Below, piece by piece: positions 38,143 through 47,989 of a stretch of DNA of 64,000 nt. The stretch's first letter is position 1. Every line of letters starts with the position of its first letter. A program made the translations under genes and the position numbers. This DNA is from Gammaproteobacteria bacterium (GTDB lineage: Bacteria > Pseudomonadota > Gammaproteobacteria > Eutrophobiales > Eutrophobiaceae): positions 4,160,001 to 4,224,000 of the forward strand of contig OZ220696.1 in NCBI GenBank assembly GCA_965116495.1, given 5' to 3'. The notes beneath the pieces were generated by a model. The model saw only the letters and a list, made by a program, of their open reading frames with translations, did not search any database and was not told the DNA's origin.

Positions 38143-40389
38143 TTAGAAATTGTATCTCACATTGGCGCCCCAGGTCCGCGGCGGTTGATAAGTCCGCAGG
38201 TTGCCGAATGTCGTTGAGCGAAAGCCGTTGCTCTCGGCGTCTTCATCCAACAGGTTGCGGGCGTAAGCTGCAACACTCCACTTGCCGCTGCCATGGTTGA
38301 ATTGTAACCTGGCGTTGACGCGCGTATAGGAATCGCCGCTGTTCAACGGGTCTTTGAAGACCGACCAGTAGCGCTCATCGTCCATGTAATAGTAGTCGCC
38401 GCGCAAGGTTACATCGCCCGCCTGCACCGGCATGGTGTAGGCGGCCCCGAAGCCGAAAATGAATTCCGGCGAGCGGGGCAGGGGATTGCCGCGCTGGTCG
38501 ATGCTGGTATTCGCCGGGACGTTCAGGTCCGGCGCCATGAGATCCTTCAGTTCCGTATCCAGGTAGGAAAACATGCCGTCTATCACAAACTGATCGGTGA
38601 GGGCCAGCACCATGTCCGCCTCGATACCGAATACTTCAGCATCACCGGCATTGCGCACGTTGGCGAAACCCTGGGCATTGTCGGCCAGGTCCACGTTCTG
38701 GTGTATGTCCTTGTAATCATAGTAGAAGGCGCTGGCGTTAAGGCGCAGCTTTCCATCCGCCAGGGTGGATTTGAAGCCGCCCTCGAACGACCAGATGGTT
38801 TCAGGTTTCACTGCCTCGGGGAGAGGTCCGAACAGGATGGTATTATAGCCGCCCGACTTGAAACCGCGGGTGGCGCCGACATATATCATCAGGTCCTCGT
38901 TCACGAAAAAATCGATGCCGAACCTGGGGGTGACACTGTCGCTGTCGGTCTCATCCTGGTGGCTGACCGTCGGCGGGCCGCTCGGCGTTGGCCTGCTGGC
39001 AACGTATTCCGGGCCGGTCAGGGCCGGGCTGAGGGGCACGAACGAATAACTCTCGAAGTCAATCTCCTTCTCTTCGTCACTGTAGCGGATACCCACGTGC
39101 GCCCGCAGGTGATCGTTAAACCGGTAACTGGCCTGTCCGAACAAGGCCCAGGCAAAGGTGTCCAGGTCTGAAAAACCGTGTATAAAGACCGTGTCGTAGG
39201 TGCCGCCTACCGTCGGTCCGACAGCAAACTGGCCCAAACTGAAAGGAAACGGGTAATCATGCAGCGCTTGATCATCAAACAGGAACGCGCCTACCACCCA
39301 GTTCAGCGGCCCTTTGCCGGTGGATGACATCTGGAACTCCTGCTGGAAGGACTCGGAATCGGTAATGGGGTCGTTAAACCCGCCGGCGTTGATCTCGGTC
39401 AGGTCAAAATCCACCTGGTAACGGTTTTCATCCTCCCGGTAACTGGTCAGGGATTTTATCTCCACGTTGCCCAGGTCCCAGGTGATCTCGGCGCCGATAC
39501 CCCAGGCCTCCGTCTCATTATTGGCCGTGACATCCCGGTACGTGTCCCTGATTCCCGGCAAAACCGTACCGCCGGACAAAGCGACATACGGGTTGTCGTT
39601 CAATGGCGGGCTCACATGGGAAGCGGTGCCGCGACTGGATTGGTCATCCGTGTAGTCGCCGAACAGGCGGATACTGACATTATCCGTTGCCTGGAACTGT
39701 AACTGGGTACGGAAGGCCTTCACGTCCGTCGTATCCTCGCCTTTGCCGGTGAAGCTGTTATCGGAATAGCCGTTGTTGTCATGGTACAGGCCGGCGACAC
39801 GAAACGCGGCGCGTTCACTGATGGGGACATTCACTGCGCCCTCCACCCGGACGGTGCCTTCATTGCCGCCGCTGACATCTAAATAACCGCCTGTTTCCTG
39901 CTCAGGCTTCCTGCTCAGAAAGTGGATCACGCCGCCGGTGGCGTTTCTGCCGAACAGCGTGCCTTGGGGCCCTTTGATCACTTCCACCCGTTCGGCATCG
40001 TAAAAGTCGCTGATAATGGAGGCCAGTCGCGGCAGGTAGACGCCGTCGACATGCACTGCCGTAGTGGGTTCAAGGCCCGGTGTTATGGTATCGGTGCCGA
40101 CGCCGCGCACGTAGGCAAAACCATGGCCTGCAAGCGGCTCAAGGTGCAGTCCGGGAACCTTGAGTTGAAGATCCAGGGTGGAATCAATCCCGATCGCCTT
40201 CAGTTGTTCATCGCTGAAGGCATTGATGGCTATGGGAACATCTTGCACGGATTCTGCGCGCCGTTGCGCCGTTACGACAATTTCTTCAAGCAGGGCAGCG
40301 CTCTGGGCTGATACTGCCGAGGCAGCAGAAACGCCCGCGGCTAAACACAATAGATGAAGCAACGTATTGTTTGGCATCAGTTTTATCAT
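38143..40389 (-). CDS. TonB-dependent receptor
   Basis: Signal peptide, LEEIVVTAQRR TonB box, VEVIKGPQGTLFGRNATGG plug, C-terminal YNF. Confidence 0.95.
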   Translation of the reverse strand: MIKLMPNNTLLHLLCLAAGVSAASAVSAQSAALLEEIVVTAQRRAESVQDVPIAINAFSDEQLKAIGIDSTLDLQLKVPGLHLEPLAGHGFAYVRGVGTDTITPGLEPTTAVHVDGVYLPRLASIISDFYDAERVEVIKGPQGTLFGRNATGGVIHFLSRKPEQETGGYLDVSGGNEGTVRVEGAVNVPISERAAFRVAGLYHDNNGYSDNSFTGKGEDTTDVKAFRTQLQFQATDNVSIRLFGDYTDDQSSRGTASHVSPPLNDNPYVALSGGTVLPGIRDTYRDVTANNETEAWGIGAEITWDLGNVEIKSLTSYREDENRYQVDFDLTEINAGGFNDPITDSESFQQEFQMSSTGKGPLNWVVGAFLFDDQALHDYPFPFSLGQFAVGPTVGGTYDTVFIHGFSDLDTFAWALFGQASYRFNDHLRAHVGIRYSDEEKEIDFESYSFVPLSPALTGPEYVASRPTPSGPPTVSHQDETDSDSVTPRFGIDFFVNEDLMIYVGATRGFKSGGYNTILFGPLPEAVKPETIWSFEGGFKSTLADGKLRLNASAFYYDYKDIHQNVDLADNAQGFANVRNAGDAEVFGIEADMVLALTDQFVIDGMFSYLDTELKDLMAPDLNVPANTSIDQRGNPLPRSPEFIFGFGAAYTMPVQAGDVTLRGDYYYMDDERYWSVFKDPLNSGDSYTRVNARLQFNHGSGKWSVAAYARNLLDEDAESNGFRSTTFGNLRTYQPPRTWGANVRYNF

Positions 40390-40480
40390 GGCTGTCTTCC
40401 CCCGGCGGAAAGTGAATAAAAAACTGTTTGTGATTTGTAAGTAAGTACCTGTCTATATAAACTATAATTATAGATGCGTA

Positions 40481-40510
40481 TTGCTTATTATGCAACATTG
40501 TTGCATATTA
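40481..40510. promoter_or_regulatory. operator candidate in a divergent promoter
   Basis: TTGCTTATTATGCAACATTGTTGCATATTA; contains the exact reverse complement of ATGTTGCATAATA seen at 20057. Confidence 0.6.
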
Positions 40511-40548
40511 TTTCAACTTTTTGAATCAATAACAACGGGAATTCCAAG

Positions 40549-41169
40549 GTGTCACATCAAGCCAAGGCTGTAGAACCAAGCCCGCTGGCCCACGACGACT
40601 GGGAGTACGTGCATAAGCGCTGCCTGGATGATTACCGGGCGGAAGACTGGGAAATACTCGGCCGTCAGCGCAAACTGTACTACGACGAGCAGATGGTGGA
40701 CCAGATATTACGTATGCTGACTTGCCAGAAGGACGATCCCGGGTATGCGTATACGGTCAATAATTACAATCACTGTCTGCAGACGGCTACCCGGATGCTG
40801 CGTGACGAACGGTCTGAGGAAGACATCGTTGTCGGCCTGTTTCACGATGTCGGGTTTATAACCTGCAATGAGACACACGGTGAGTTTGTCGCGGCACTGT
40901 TGCGTCCCTATATCTCGGAACGGAATCACTGGATGTTGATACGCCACGCGGTTTTCCAGCAGTACCATTTCCATGAACTTGAGGGTAGCGACCGCCACGA
41001 ACGGGATAAGTGGAAAGGCCATCCCTACTATGCCTGGACCGCGGAATTTGTCGACAAGTATGACCAGACGACTATCAACTATGATGAAGAAATATTACCT
41101 GTCGATGCTTTTGAGCCCACGGTAAGACGGTTGTTTGCAAAACAACCCCGCAGAATTTTTTACGAATAA
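40549..41169 (+). CDS. HD-domain metalloenzyme (predicted phosphohydrolase / PhnZ-MIOX-like oxygenase)
   Basis: HCLQTAT, LFHDVG, HGEF, IRHAVFQ, KYDQ: H..HD..H..H..D di-metal ligand set. Confidence 0.8.
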   Translation: MSHQAKAVEPSPLAHDDWEYVHKRCLDDYRAEDWEILGRQRKLYYDEQMVDQILRMLTCQKDDPGYAYTVNNYNHCLQTATRMLRDERSEEDIVVGLFHDVGFITCNETHGEFVAALLRPYISERNHWMLIRHAVFQQYHFHELEGSDRHERDKWKGHPYYAWTAEFVDKYDQTTINYDEEILPVDAFEPTVRRLFAKQPRRIFYE

Positions 41170-41741
41170 TGGCGGCCTGGATAAAAATGATCCCGGAAAA
41201 TGAGGCAACGGGGACATTAAAGGAGATGTACGCCGGGGCCATGACTCCCCACGGGACGGTCGACAACGTCATGAAGGTCCATTCGCTGCGCCCGCATACC
41301 ATGCACGGCCACGTGACCCTCTATAAAAGCGTACTGCACCATCCCGATATAACCCTGCCCCTGTGGTTCCTGGAAGTGGTCGCCTCATATACCAGTATCA
41401 AAAACCACTGTGAATACAGCCTTACCCACCACTTCATGAACGCACGGAGGTTGATTAATAACGAGCAACGCGCAGATGACATCCATGCCGCCCTGCAGGA
41501 AGGCCGGCCGGAGGCGGTATTTGCCGGGAAAGAACTGGCGTTACTCCAGTACGCGGCAAAGCTGACGACAGGTGTCGCAACCATGACCGAGGGTGACGTT
41601 ACAAGCTTGCGCAATGCCGGTTGCGATGACGGTGAAATCCTTGAGGTCAACCAGGTCGTTGCGTATTTCAATTATTCCAACCGGTTGCTCAACGGCCTGG
41701 GGGTGACCACCGAAGGGGACTCGATTGGTTATTACAAGTAA
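41169..41741 (+). CDS. AhpD/CMD-family peroxidase-related protein
   Basis: HSLRP, E.VASYTS.KNHCEYSLTHH, AYFNYSNR; TAATG coupling to the HD gene. Confidence 0.85.
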   Translation: MAAWIKMIPENEATGTLKEMYAGAMTPHGTVDNVMKVHSLRPHTMHGHVTLYKSVLHHPDITLPLWFLEVVASYTSIKNHCEYSLTHHFMNARRLINNEQRADDIHAALQEGRPEAVFAGKELALLQYAAKLTTGVATMTEGDVTSLRNAGCDDGEILEVNQVVAYFNYSNRLLNGLGVTTEGDSIGYYK

Positions 41742-41758
41742 ACACATTTCCGGAGAAA

Positions 41759-41782
41759 GGGGACGGATTTAAATCCGTCCCC
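41759..41782. repeat. 24-bp perfect palindrome, family B
   Basis: GGGGACGGATTTAAATCCGTCCCC. Confidence 0.85.
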
Positions 41783-41791
41783 GACAGCCTG

Positions 41792-42835
41792 ATGTATCTC
41801 AGAAACACCTGGTACGTCGCTGCGTTGAGCGGCGAAATTGACCGCCGGTTAAAGCCCTTACGCATTCTCGGTGAGAACATCGTGTTTTACCGGACCGGGA
41901 GCGGCAAACCTGTAGCCCTGGAGGATGCCTGCCCGCATCGCAAATTGCCTTTGTCGAAAGGCACTTTGCAAGAGGATAATGTGGAATGCGGTTACCACGG
42001 CCTGACGTTTAATCGTGCCGGCAAGTGTGTCGCCGCGCCGACCCAGGACAGGATCCCGCCATCGGCGAGGGTCCACAGCTACCCGGTTGCGGATAAATGG
42101 GGGCTGGTCTGGATCTGGATGGGTAATCCTGATGTTGCCGATGAGGCAAAAATTATTGATATCGAGAATTTCGATAACCCCGAATGGCACATCACCAGCG
42201 GTGATGCGTTAACCTGTGAATGCCATTATTTATACCTCACCGACAACCTGCTGGATCCTTCTCATGTCGCCTGGGTGCATCGCACGACTTTTGCCGCGCC
42301 GGGTACGGATATTACACCCCTGGAAACGCAGGAAATTAATGACGGGTTGATCGTGTCCAGGTGGATATTTGGCTGCAAACCGCCGCCGTTTTATGCGCCA
42401 CTGGTCAAGTTCGAGGGGAACTGTGACCGCCTGCAACATTACGAGGTCCGCTATCCGTCCATCGCCATCAACAAGTCGGTATTTTCCCCGGCCGGGGAGG
42501 GCGGCCCGGAAAAGCCGCTGACTGACCGTTCCTACGTCATGATTTCCTATAACTTTCTGACCCCCGCGGATGAAAACGTCACCCGCTATCACTGGTTGCA
42601 ACAGCGCAATACCGATCCCGGTAATGAAGAGGTTACCCGGAAGATTGCAGAGGGCGCCAGGAAGGCTTTTCTCGAGGATCGGGAGATCCTCGAAGCCGTG
42701 CACAAGGGTATAGCCAACGAAACCAGCCGGCACATCAACCTGGGTCTGGACGCCGGTTCACTGAAGTTTCGCAGGATGCTGGATAGGATGATCGCTGTGG
42801 AACAGGCAGGTTTACGGGACGAAAGGCAACCATGA
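41792..42835 (+). CDS. Rieske non-heme iron oxygenase, VanA/demethylase-like
   Basis: CPHR...CGYHG Rieske ligands, DNLLDPSHVAWVH mononuclear Fe site, FLEDREILE. Confidence 0.9.
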   Translation: MYLRNTWYVAALSGEIDRRLKPLRILGENIVFYRTGSGKPVALEDACPHRKLPLSKGTLQEDNVECGYHGLTFNRAGKCVAAPTQDRIPPSARVHSYPVADKWGLVWIWMGNPDVADEAKIIDIENFDNPEWHITSGDALTCECHYLYLTDNLLDPSHVAWVHRTTFAAPGTDITPLETQEINDGLIVSRWIFGCKPPPFYAPLVKFEGNCDRLQHYEVRYPSIAINKSVFSPAGEGGPEKPLTDRSYVMISYNFLTPADENVTRYHWLQQRNTDPGNEEVTRKIAEGARKAFLEDREILEAVHKGIANETSRHINLGLDAGSLKFRRMLDRMIAVEQAGLRDERQP

Positions 42836-43554
42836 CATTAAATATCGAGAACGCGGTCGGGCCCATATACCAGCGTATCAAATCCCATATCATCGCCCGC
42901 ATAAAAGAAGGCGACTGGCCGCCGGCTCACCAGCTACCGTCCGAAAACGAACTGGTCAACAGTCTCAAGGTGTCGAGGATGACTATAAACCGCGCATTAC
43001 GCGAACTTGCGAATGAAGGTTATCTGACCCGGATCCCGGGCGTCGGCACCTTCGTTGCGGAGATACACAGCCGCAGCCACTTCCTCGAAATCAATAATAT
43101 TGCCGACGAAGTCCGGGCGCGCAAACACAGTTATTCCGCGGAGGTAATTCTGAACCGGCGGGACAGGTTGAGCAGCGATACCGCAACACGACTTCAGCTG
43201 GCGCCCGGCAGCAAGGCGTTTCATTCGATCATCGTACACGAGGAAAATAACATCCCCATACAGGTGGAAGACCGTTACGTGAATCCCCGGGTTGTTCCCG
43301 GCTATGGCGATGTTGATTTTACCCGGACAACACCCACGGAGTACTTGCTTAAAACAGCCCCTCTGCAGGAGGTCGAACACACCGTACAGGCGCGCATGCC
43401 CACGGCGCGGGTAAGGAAACTGTTACACCTGAAAGAGAACGAGCCATGCCTGGTCTTGCTGCGACGCACCTGGAGCCAGGGGAAGATTGCCTCCATTGCC
43501 ACACTTTATCATCCCGGAAGCCGGTATGAACTCAGCGATCACTTCAAGGCATGA
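42832..43554 (+). CDS. hutC: histidine utilisation repressor (GntR/UTRA)
   Basis: LPSENEL...VSRMTINRALREL, EINNIADEV, PIQVEDRYVNP, RRTWS. Confidence 0.92.
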   Translation: MTLNIENAVGPIYQRIKSHIIARIKEGDWPPAHQLPSENELVNSLKVSRMTINRALRELANEGYLTRIPGVGTFVAEIHSRSHFLEINNIADEVRARKHSYSAEVILNRRDRLSSDTATRLQLAPGSKAFHSIIVHEENNIPIQVEDRYVNPRVVPGYGDVDFTRTTPTEYLLKTAPLQEVEHTVQARMPTARVRKLLHLKENEPCLVLLRRTWSQGKIASIATLYHPGSRYELSDHFKA

Positions 43555-43596
43555 GTTCATCTTGATTTCCATTACGCAAAGCCGCATTAATCAGGG

Positions 43597-44841
43597 GTGA
43601 ATAGCGAAGATTATGTCCTGCCGGGGATGCCCAACCTGCACAGCCATGCTTTTCAGCGGGCAATGGCCGGCCAGGCAGAACTGGCAGTGGCAGACAGGAA
43701 TGATTTCTGGTCGTGGCGGGAAAAAATGTACGACTACGCTAACCGCGTTACGCCCGGTCAATTGCAGGCAATCGCCGCGCAGTTATTCATTGAAATGCTG
43801 AAAAGCGGTTATACGTCGGTTGCCGAGTTCCATTACCTGCATCACACGAAACACCACCGGTCCGGCATTCCGTCGACGGAAATGGCGGACGCGGTTATTG
43901 CTGCGGCTGAAGAGGCCGGCATAGGCCTGACCCTGCTGCCGGTGCTGTACATGACGGCCGATTTTGACCGGCCGGAATCCCTGCCGGAACAGGCCAGGTT
44001 CATCAACGATCCGGACGGTTTTTTTTCGCTGTTCAGCAAATTGAAGGGCAGGGAAAACAGCAACGTAAAGATGGGGATTGCCTTCCACAGCCTGCGCGCG
44101 GTGCCTGAACGGAGTTTGCATGAAGTTCTGAAACTGCTCGCCGGGGAGGGTATCGACTGTCCGATCCATATCCATATCGCAGAAACGCTGAAGGAGGTCG
44201 AAGCCTGCAGGAATTTTTATGGCCTGACCCCGGTACAGTGGTTATTCGAAAATATCGATATCGATGGGCGCTGGTGCCTGGTTCATGCAACCCACCTGTC
44301 GGATTGGGAGGTTGACCGGCTGGCCGCGAGCGACTGTGTTGCCGGGCTGTGCCCTGTCACGGAAGCCAACCTGGGAGATGGAATCTTCAGGTTTGAGGAA
44401 TTTTTGGCTAACAGCGGGAAATTCGGTATCGGTTCGGACAGCAACATCTCCGTCAGTCCCGTTGAAGAGCTGAGATGGCTGGAATACGGGCAACGTCTCA
44501 TCACCCACAGGAGGAACGTCAGCGCATCCGCCGCTGAACCCCATGTCGGCAGTTATCTATGGGACGGTGCAGTACGAGGCGGCGCCCAGGCGCTCGGTAA
44601 TGATATTCCCGGTCCTGAAATTGAAGACCCGGTCGACCATATCGTACTGAACCGGGAACATCCTCTACTGTATGGTAAACCCGCACAGCACGTCATCGAT
44701 TCATTTGTCTTCAGCGGCAATGACAATCTGGTCAAGGACGTAATGGCCGGCGGCAAACTGGTTGTCAGGGACGGCATACATATCAATGAACAGGAAATTT
44801 CGGCGCGTTATAAAAAAACCATCAAAGAATTGAATCAGTAA
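43597..44841 (+). CDS. hutF: formimidoylglutamate deiminase (N-terminus short)
   Basis: VLPGMPNLHSHAFQRAMAG, VAEFHYLHH, HSLRAV, HIHIAE, CPVTEANLGDG, GSDSN. Confidence 0.9.
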   Translation: MNSEDYVLPGMPNLHSHAFQRAMAGQAELAVADRNDFWSWREKMYDYANRVTPGQLQAIAAQLFIEMLKSGYTSVAEFHYLHHTKHHRSGIPSTEMADAVIAAAEEAGIGLTLLPVLYMTADFDRPESLPEQARFINDPDGFFSLFSKLKGRENSNVKMGIAFHSLRAVPERSLHEVLKLLAGEGIDCPIHIHIAETLKEVEACRNFYGLTPVQWLFENIDIDGRWCLVHATHLSDWEVDRLAASDCVAGLCPVTEANLGDGIFRFEEFLANSGKFGIGSDSNISVSPVEELRWLEYGQRLITHRRNVSASAAEPHVGSYLWDGAVRGGAQALGNDIPGPEIEDPVDHIVLNREHPLLYGKPAQHVIDSFVFSGNDNLVKDVMAGGKLVVRDGIHINEQEISARYKKTIKELNQ

Positions 44842-44856
44842 CAGTGTCTTTTGAGC

Positions 44857-44919
44857 GGGGACAGATTTAAATCTGTCCCTTCCCCAGTGGGAAAGGGGAC
44901 GGAATTAAATTCCGTCCCT
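44857..44919. repeat. tandem pair of family B palindromes between convergent hutF and hutI
   Basis: GGGGACAGATTTAAATCTGTCCCT and GGGGACGGAATTAAATTCCGTCCCT. Confidence 0.85.
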
Positions 44920-44925
44920 GCGCCT

Positions 44926-46167
44926 TTATTTCATTACCACTCTGCCGTCCTTGATAATACCCACGCAAGGATTACTGCCTATCATATATGCCAGTTCTGC
45001 CGGATGGGCAATATCCCAGATGACAAAATCAGCTTTTTTACCGGTTTCCAGTGTTCCCCGGTCGTCCAGCAAACCCAGTGCCTGTGCGGCATTGCGGGTT
45101 ACCCCGGCCAGGGCCTCCTCCGTGGTCAGAGAAAATAACGTACAGGCCATGTTGAGCATGAGCAGCAATGACAACACCGGTGATGAGCCCGGGTTTGCGT
45201 CGGTCGCAATGGCAATCGGTACCTGGTACCGGCGTAACAGTTCGACGGGCGGTTTCTGCGTCTCCTTCAGTATGTAAAATGCGCCGGGCAGTAACACGGC
45301 GACGGTGCCGGAGCGGGCGAGCGCATCGACGCCGGCTTCCGAGGTGTACTCGAGATGGTCGGCGGACAGGGCCTGGTAGCGGGCCGCCAGGGCGGCGCCG
45401 TCCAGGTTCGATAGTTGATCGGCGTGCAGTTTGACACCCATGCCCAATTCCTTCGCCCGGTCGAACACCGGCTCCATTTCTTCCGGGCTGAATGCTATGG
45501 TCTCGCAAAACCCGTCAACGGCATCGGCCAGGTTTTGCAGGTAAACCTGCGACAACATGTTATCGGCGACAAGACGGACATATGCAGCGCGGTCCGACGC
45601 ATATTCCGGAGGCAGCGCATGCGCGCCCAGGAAGGTGGTCCTGACATCCAGTTGCGGGTCATCTTCCCCGAGCAGCCTGGCCACCCGCAACATCTTTAAC
45701 TCGGTTTCGACGTCCAAACCGTACCCCGATTTGATTTCCAGCGTCGTGACGCCTTCACGTTTAAGCGCCTCGGCCCGCTTTTTTGCCGCAGCCAGCAACT
45801 CTGTTACCGATGCCTTGCGCGTCGCATTCACCGTGGACAGTATGCCGCCGCCCGCCTTTTGCAATTCTTCATAAGTGGCGCCTTTCAGCCGGAGTTCGAA
45901 TTCCCTGGCGCGGTTGCCGCCGAATACGAGATGGGTATGGCAGTCGATCAGGCCGGGCGTTATACAATGTCTTTTTGCATCGAGCACCTCGGGGGTTTTG
46001 AGGTGGGTATCGGCGGGCAGTTCCTCCATTGGTCCCAACCAGCTTATACGGTCGCCCGTGATGGCGATAGCTCCGTTTTCGATCATGCCGTACTCACCAT
46101 TCCCCGTTGTCATGGTAACAAGCCGGGCATTGACCCACAGGTAGTCCCAATCATTCATTATCGTCAA
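44926..46167 (-). CDS. hutI: imidazolonepropionase
   Basis: [47 protein letters not shown]. Confidence 0.95.
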   Translation of the reverse strand: MTIMNDWDYLWVNARLVTMTTGNGEYGMIENGAIAITGDRISWLGPMEELPADTHLKTPEVLDAKRHCITPGLIDCHTHLVFGGNRAREFELRLKGATYEELQKAGGGILSTVNATRKASVTELLAAAKKRAEALKREGVTTLEIKSGYGLDVETELKMLRVARLLGEDDPQLDVRTTFLGAHALPPEYASDRAAYVRLVADNMLSQVYLQNLADAVDGFCETIAFSPEEMEPVFDRAKELGMGVKLHADQLSNLDGAALAARYQALSADHLEYTSEAGVDALARSGTVAVLLPGAFYILKETQKPPVELLRRYQVPIAIATDANPGSSPVLSLLLMLNMACTLFSLTTEEALAGVTRNAAQALGLLDDRGTLETGKKADFVIWDIAHPAELAYMIGSNPCVGIIKDGRVVMK

Positions 46168-46223
46168 GCGGTCGGAGTTTCATATTTGCGGCAATAGTAC
46201 TATTATGGTGTAAATATCTTTAC

Positions 46224-46235
46224 TTGTATATACAA
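46224..46235. promoter_or_regulatory. HutC operator
   Basis: Perfect palindrome TTGTATATACAA (TGTA-N2-TACA HutC box) between divergent hutI and hutU. Confidence 0.8.
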
Positions 46236-46287
46236 ATAGGACAAAATAGTATCGACTCTTGCCCTTTTATTTTGTTGGAGAAATAAA

Positions 46288-47979
46288 ATGAACTTGAACA
46301 GTGCAGGCCAGGCCGGGCAGGCAGAACACCGGCCCCGCGTAGTACGGGCGCCCCGCGGGCCCGAACTCTCGACCAAATCCTGGCAGACCGAGGCGCCCCT
46401 GAGGATGATCATGAACAACCTGGACCCGGATGTCGCCGAGCGGCCGGATGACCTCGTTGTTTATGGCGGCATCGGTAAAGCGGCCCGTAACTGGGCCTGT
46501 TTCGACAGGATAATCGAGACGTTGAAGGAACTGAACCGGGATGAAACCCTTTTGATTCAGTCAGGCAAGCCGGTCGGTGTAGTCAAAACCCACGCCGACG
46601 CGCCGCGGGTATTGATAGCCAACTCCAACCTGGTGCCGGCCTGGGCCGACTGGGACCACTTCAACGAACTCGACCGCAAAGGCCTGATGATGTTCGGACA
46701 AATGACAGCCGGGTCCTGGATCTATATCGCCAGCCAGGGAATAGTCCAGGGCACCTATGAAACCTTTGTGGAAATGGGACGGCAACACTATAACGGTGAC
46801 CTCAGGGGAAAGTGGATACTGAGCGCCGGCCTTGGTGGTATGGGCGGTGCGCAGGCTCTGGCTGCCACCATGGCCGGCGCCTCAATCATCGTTATCGAAT
46901 GCCAGGAGAGTCGCCTCGACTTCAGGCTGCGTACCGGATATGTGGATGAGAAAGCAACAAACCTGGTTTCAGCTTTGACCCTGTTAAACGACGCTGTCGG
47001 TAAGGGTGAAGCAGTATCTATCGGTTTACTGGGTAATGCGGCTGAACTCATTCCGGAGATGGTTGAACAGGGTATCCGTCCTGATGCCGTCACCGACCAG
47101 ACATCCGCGCACGACCCGATAAACGGCTACCTGCCCATCGGCTGGTCGGTCGATGAATGGGAGGCGCAACGTCACAGGGATCCTGGAATGGTGGCTACCG
47201 CGGCAAAACGATCCATGGCGATTCATGTCAGGGCCATGCTGGATTTCCAAAAAGCCGGTATCCCCGTATTCGACTACGGCAATAACATTCGCCAGATGGC
47301 AAAAGACGAAGGCGTTGCCAATGCGTTTGACTTCCCGGGGTTCGTGCCGGCTTATATCCGGCCGTTATTCTGCCGGGGTATCGGGCCGTTCCGCTGGGTG
47401 GCCCTGTCCGGCGACCCGGATGATATTTATAAGACGGACAGAAAGGTCAAGGAACTCATCCCGGATGATCCGCACCTGCACAACTGGCTGGATATGGCGG
47501 AAGAACGGATTCAATTCCAGGGGTTGCCGGCGCGCATATGCTGGGTCGGCCTGGGGCAGCGCCACCGGCTCGGTCTGGCATTCAACGATATGGTAAGAGC
47601 CGGGGAACTGGCCGGCCCGGTTGTCATCGGCCGGGATCACCTGGATTCCGGCTCTGTCGCCAGCCCGAACCGGGAAACCGAAGCCATGAAAGACGGCTCT
47701 GATGCCGTGGCCGACTGGCCCTTGCTGAATGCCCTGGTGAACGCGGTCAGCGGCGCAACCTGGGTGTCGATACACCATGGCGGAGGCGTGGGCATGGGCT
47801 ATTCGATACATGCAGGTCTGGTCGTAGTCTGTGACGGTACTGACAGTGCAGCGCAACGCATCGAGCGGGTGTTATGGAATGACCCGGCAAGCGGCATCAT
47901 CCGCCACGCCGATGCCGGTTATGAGACGGCAATTGAGTGCGCAAAGGAACACGGCCTGTCATTGCCGATGGTCGGATAG
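46288..47979 (+). CDS. hutU: urocanate hydratase
   Basis: [57 protein letters not shown]. Confidence 0.97.
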   Translation: MNLNSAGQAGQAEHRPRVVRAPRGPELSTKSWQTEAPLRMIMNNLDPDVAERPDDLVVYGGIGKAARNWACFDRIIETLKELNRDETLLIQSGKPVGVVKTHADAPRVLIANSNLVPAWADWDHFNELDRKGLMMFGQMTAGSWIYIASQGIVQGTYETFVEMGRQHYNGDLRGKWILSAGLGGMGGAQALAATMAGASIIVIECQESRLDFRLRTGYVDEKATNLVSALTLLNDAVGKGEAVSIGLLGNAAELIPEMVEQGIRPDAVTDQTSAHDPINGYLPIGWSVDEWEAQRHRDPGMVATAAKRSMAIHVRAMLDFQKAGIPVFDYGNNIRQMAKDEGVANAFDFPGFVPAYIRPLFCRGIGPFRWVALSGDPDDIYKTDRKVKELIPDDPHLHNWLDMAEERIQFQGLPARICWVGLGQRHRLGLAFNDMVRAGELAGPVVIGRDHLDSGSVASPNRETEAMKDGSDAVADWPLLNALVNAVSGATWVSIHHGGGVGMGYSIHAGLVVVCDGTDSAAQRIERVLWNDPASGIIRHADAGYETAIECAKEHGLSLPMVG

Positions 47980-47989
47980 ATCCACGTAG

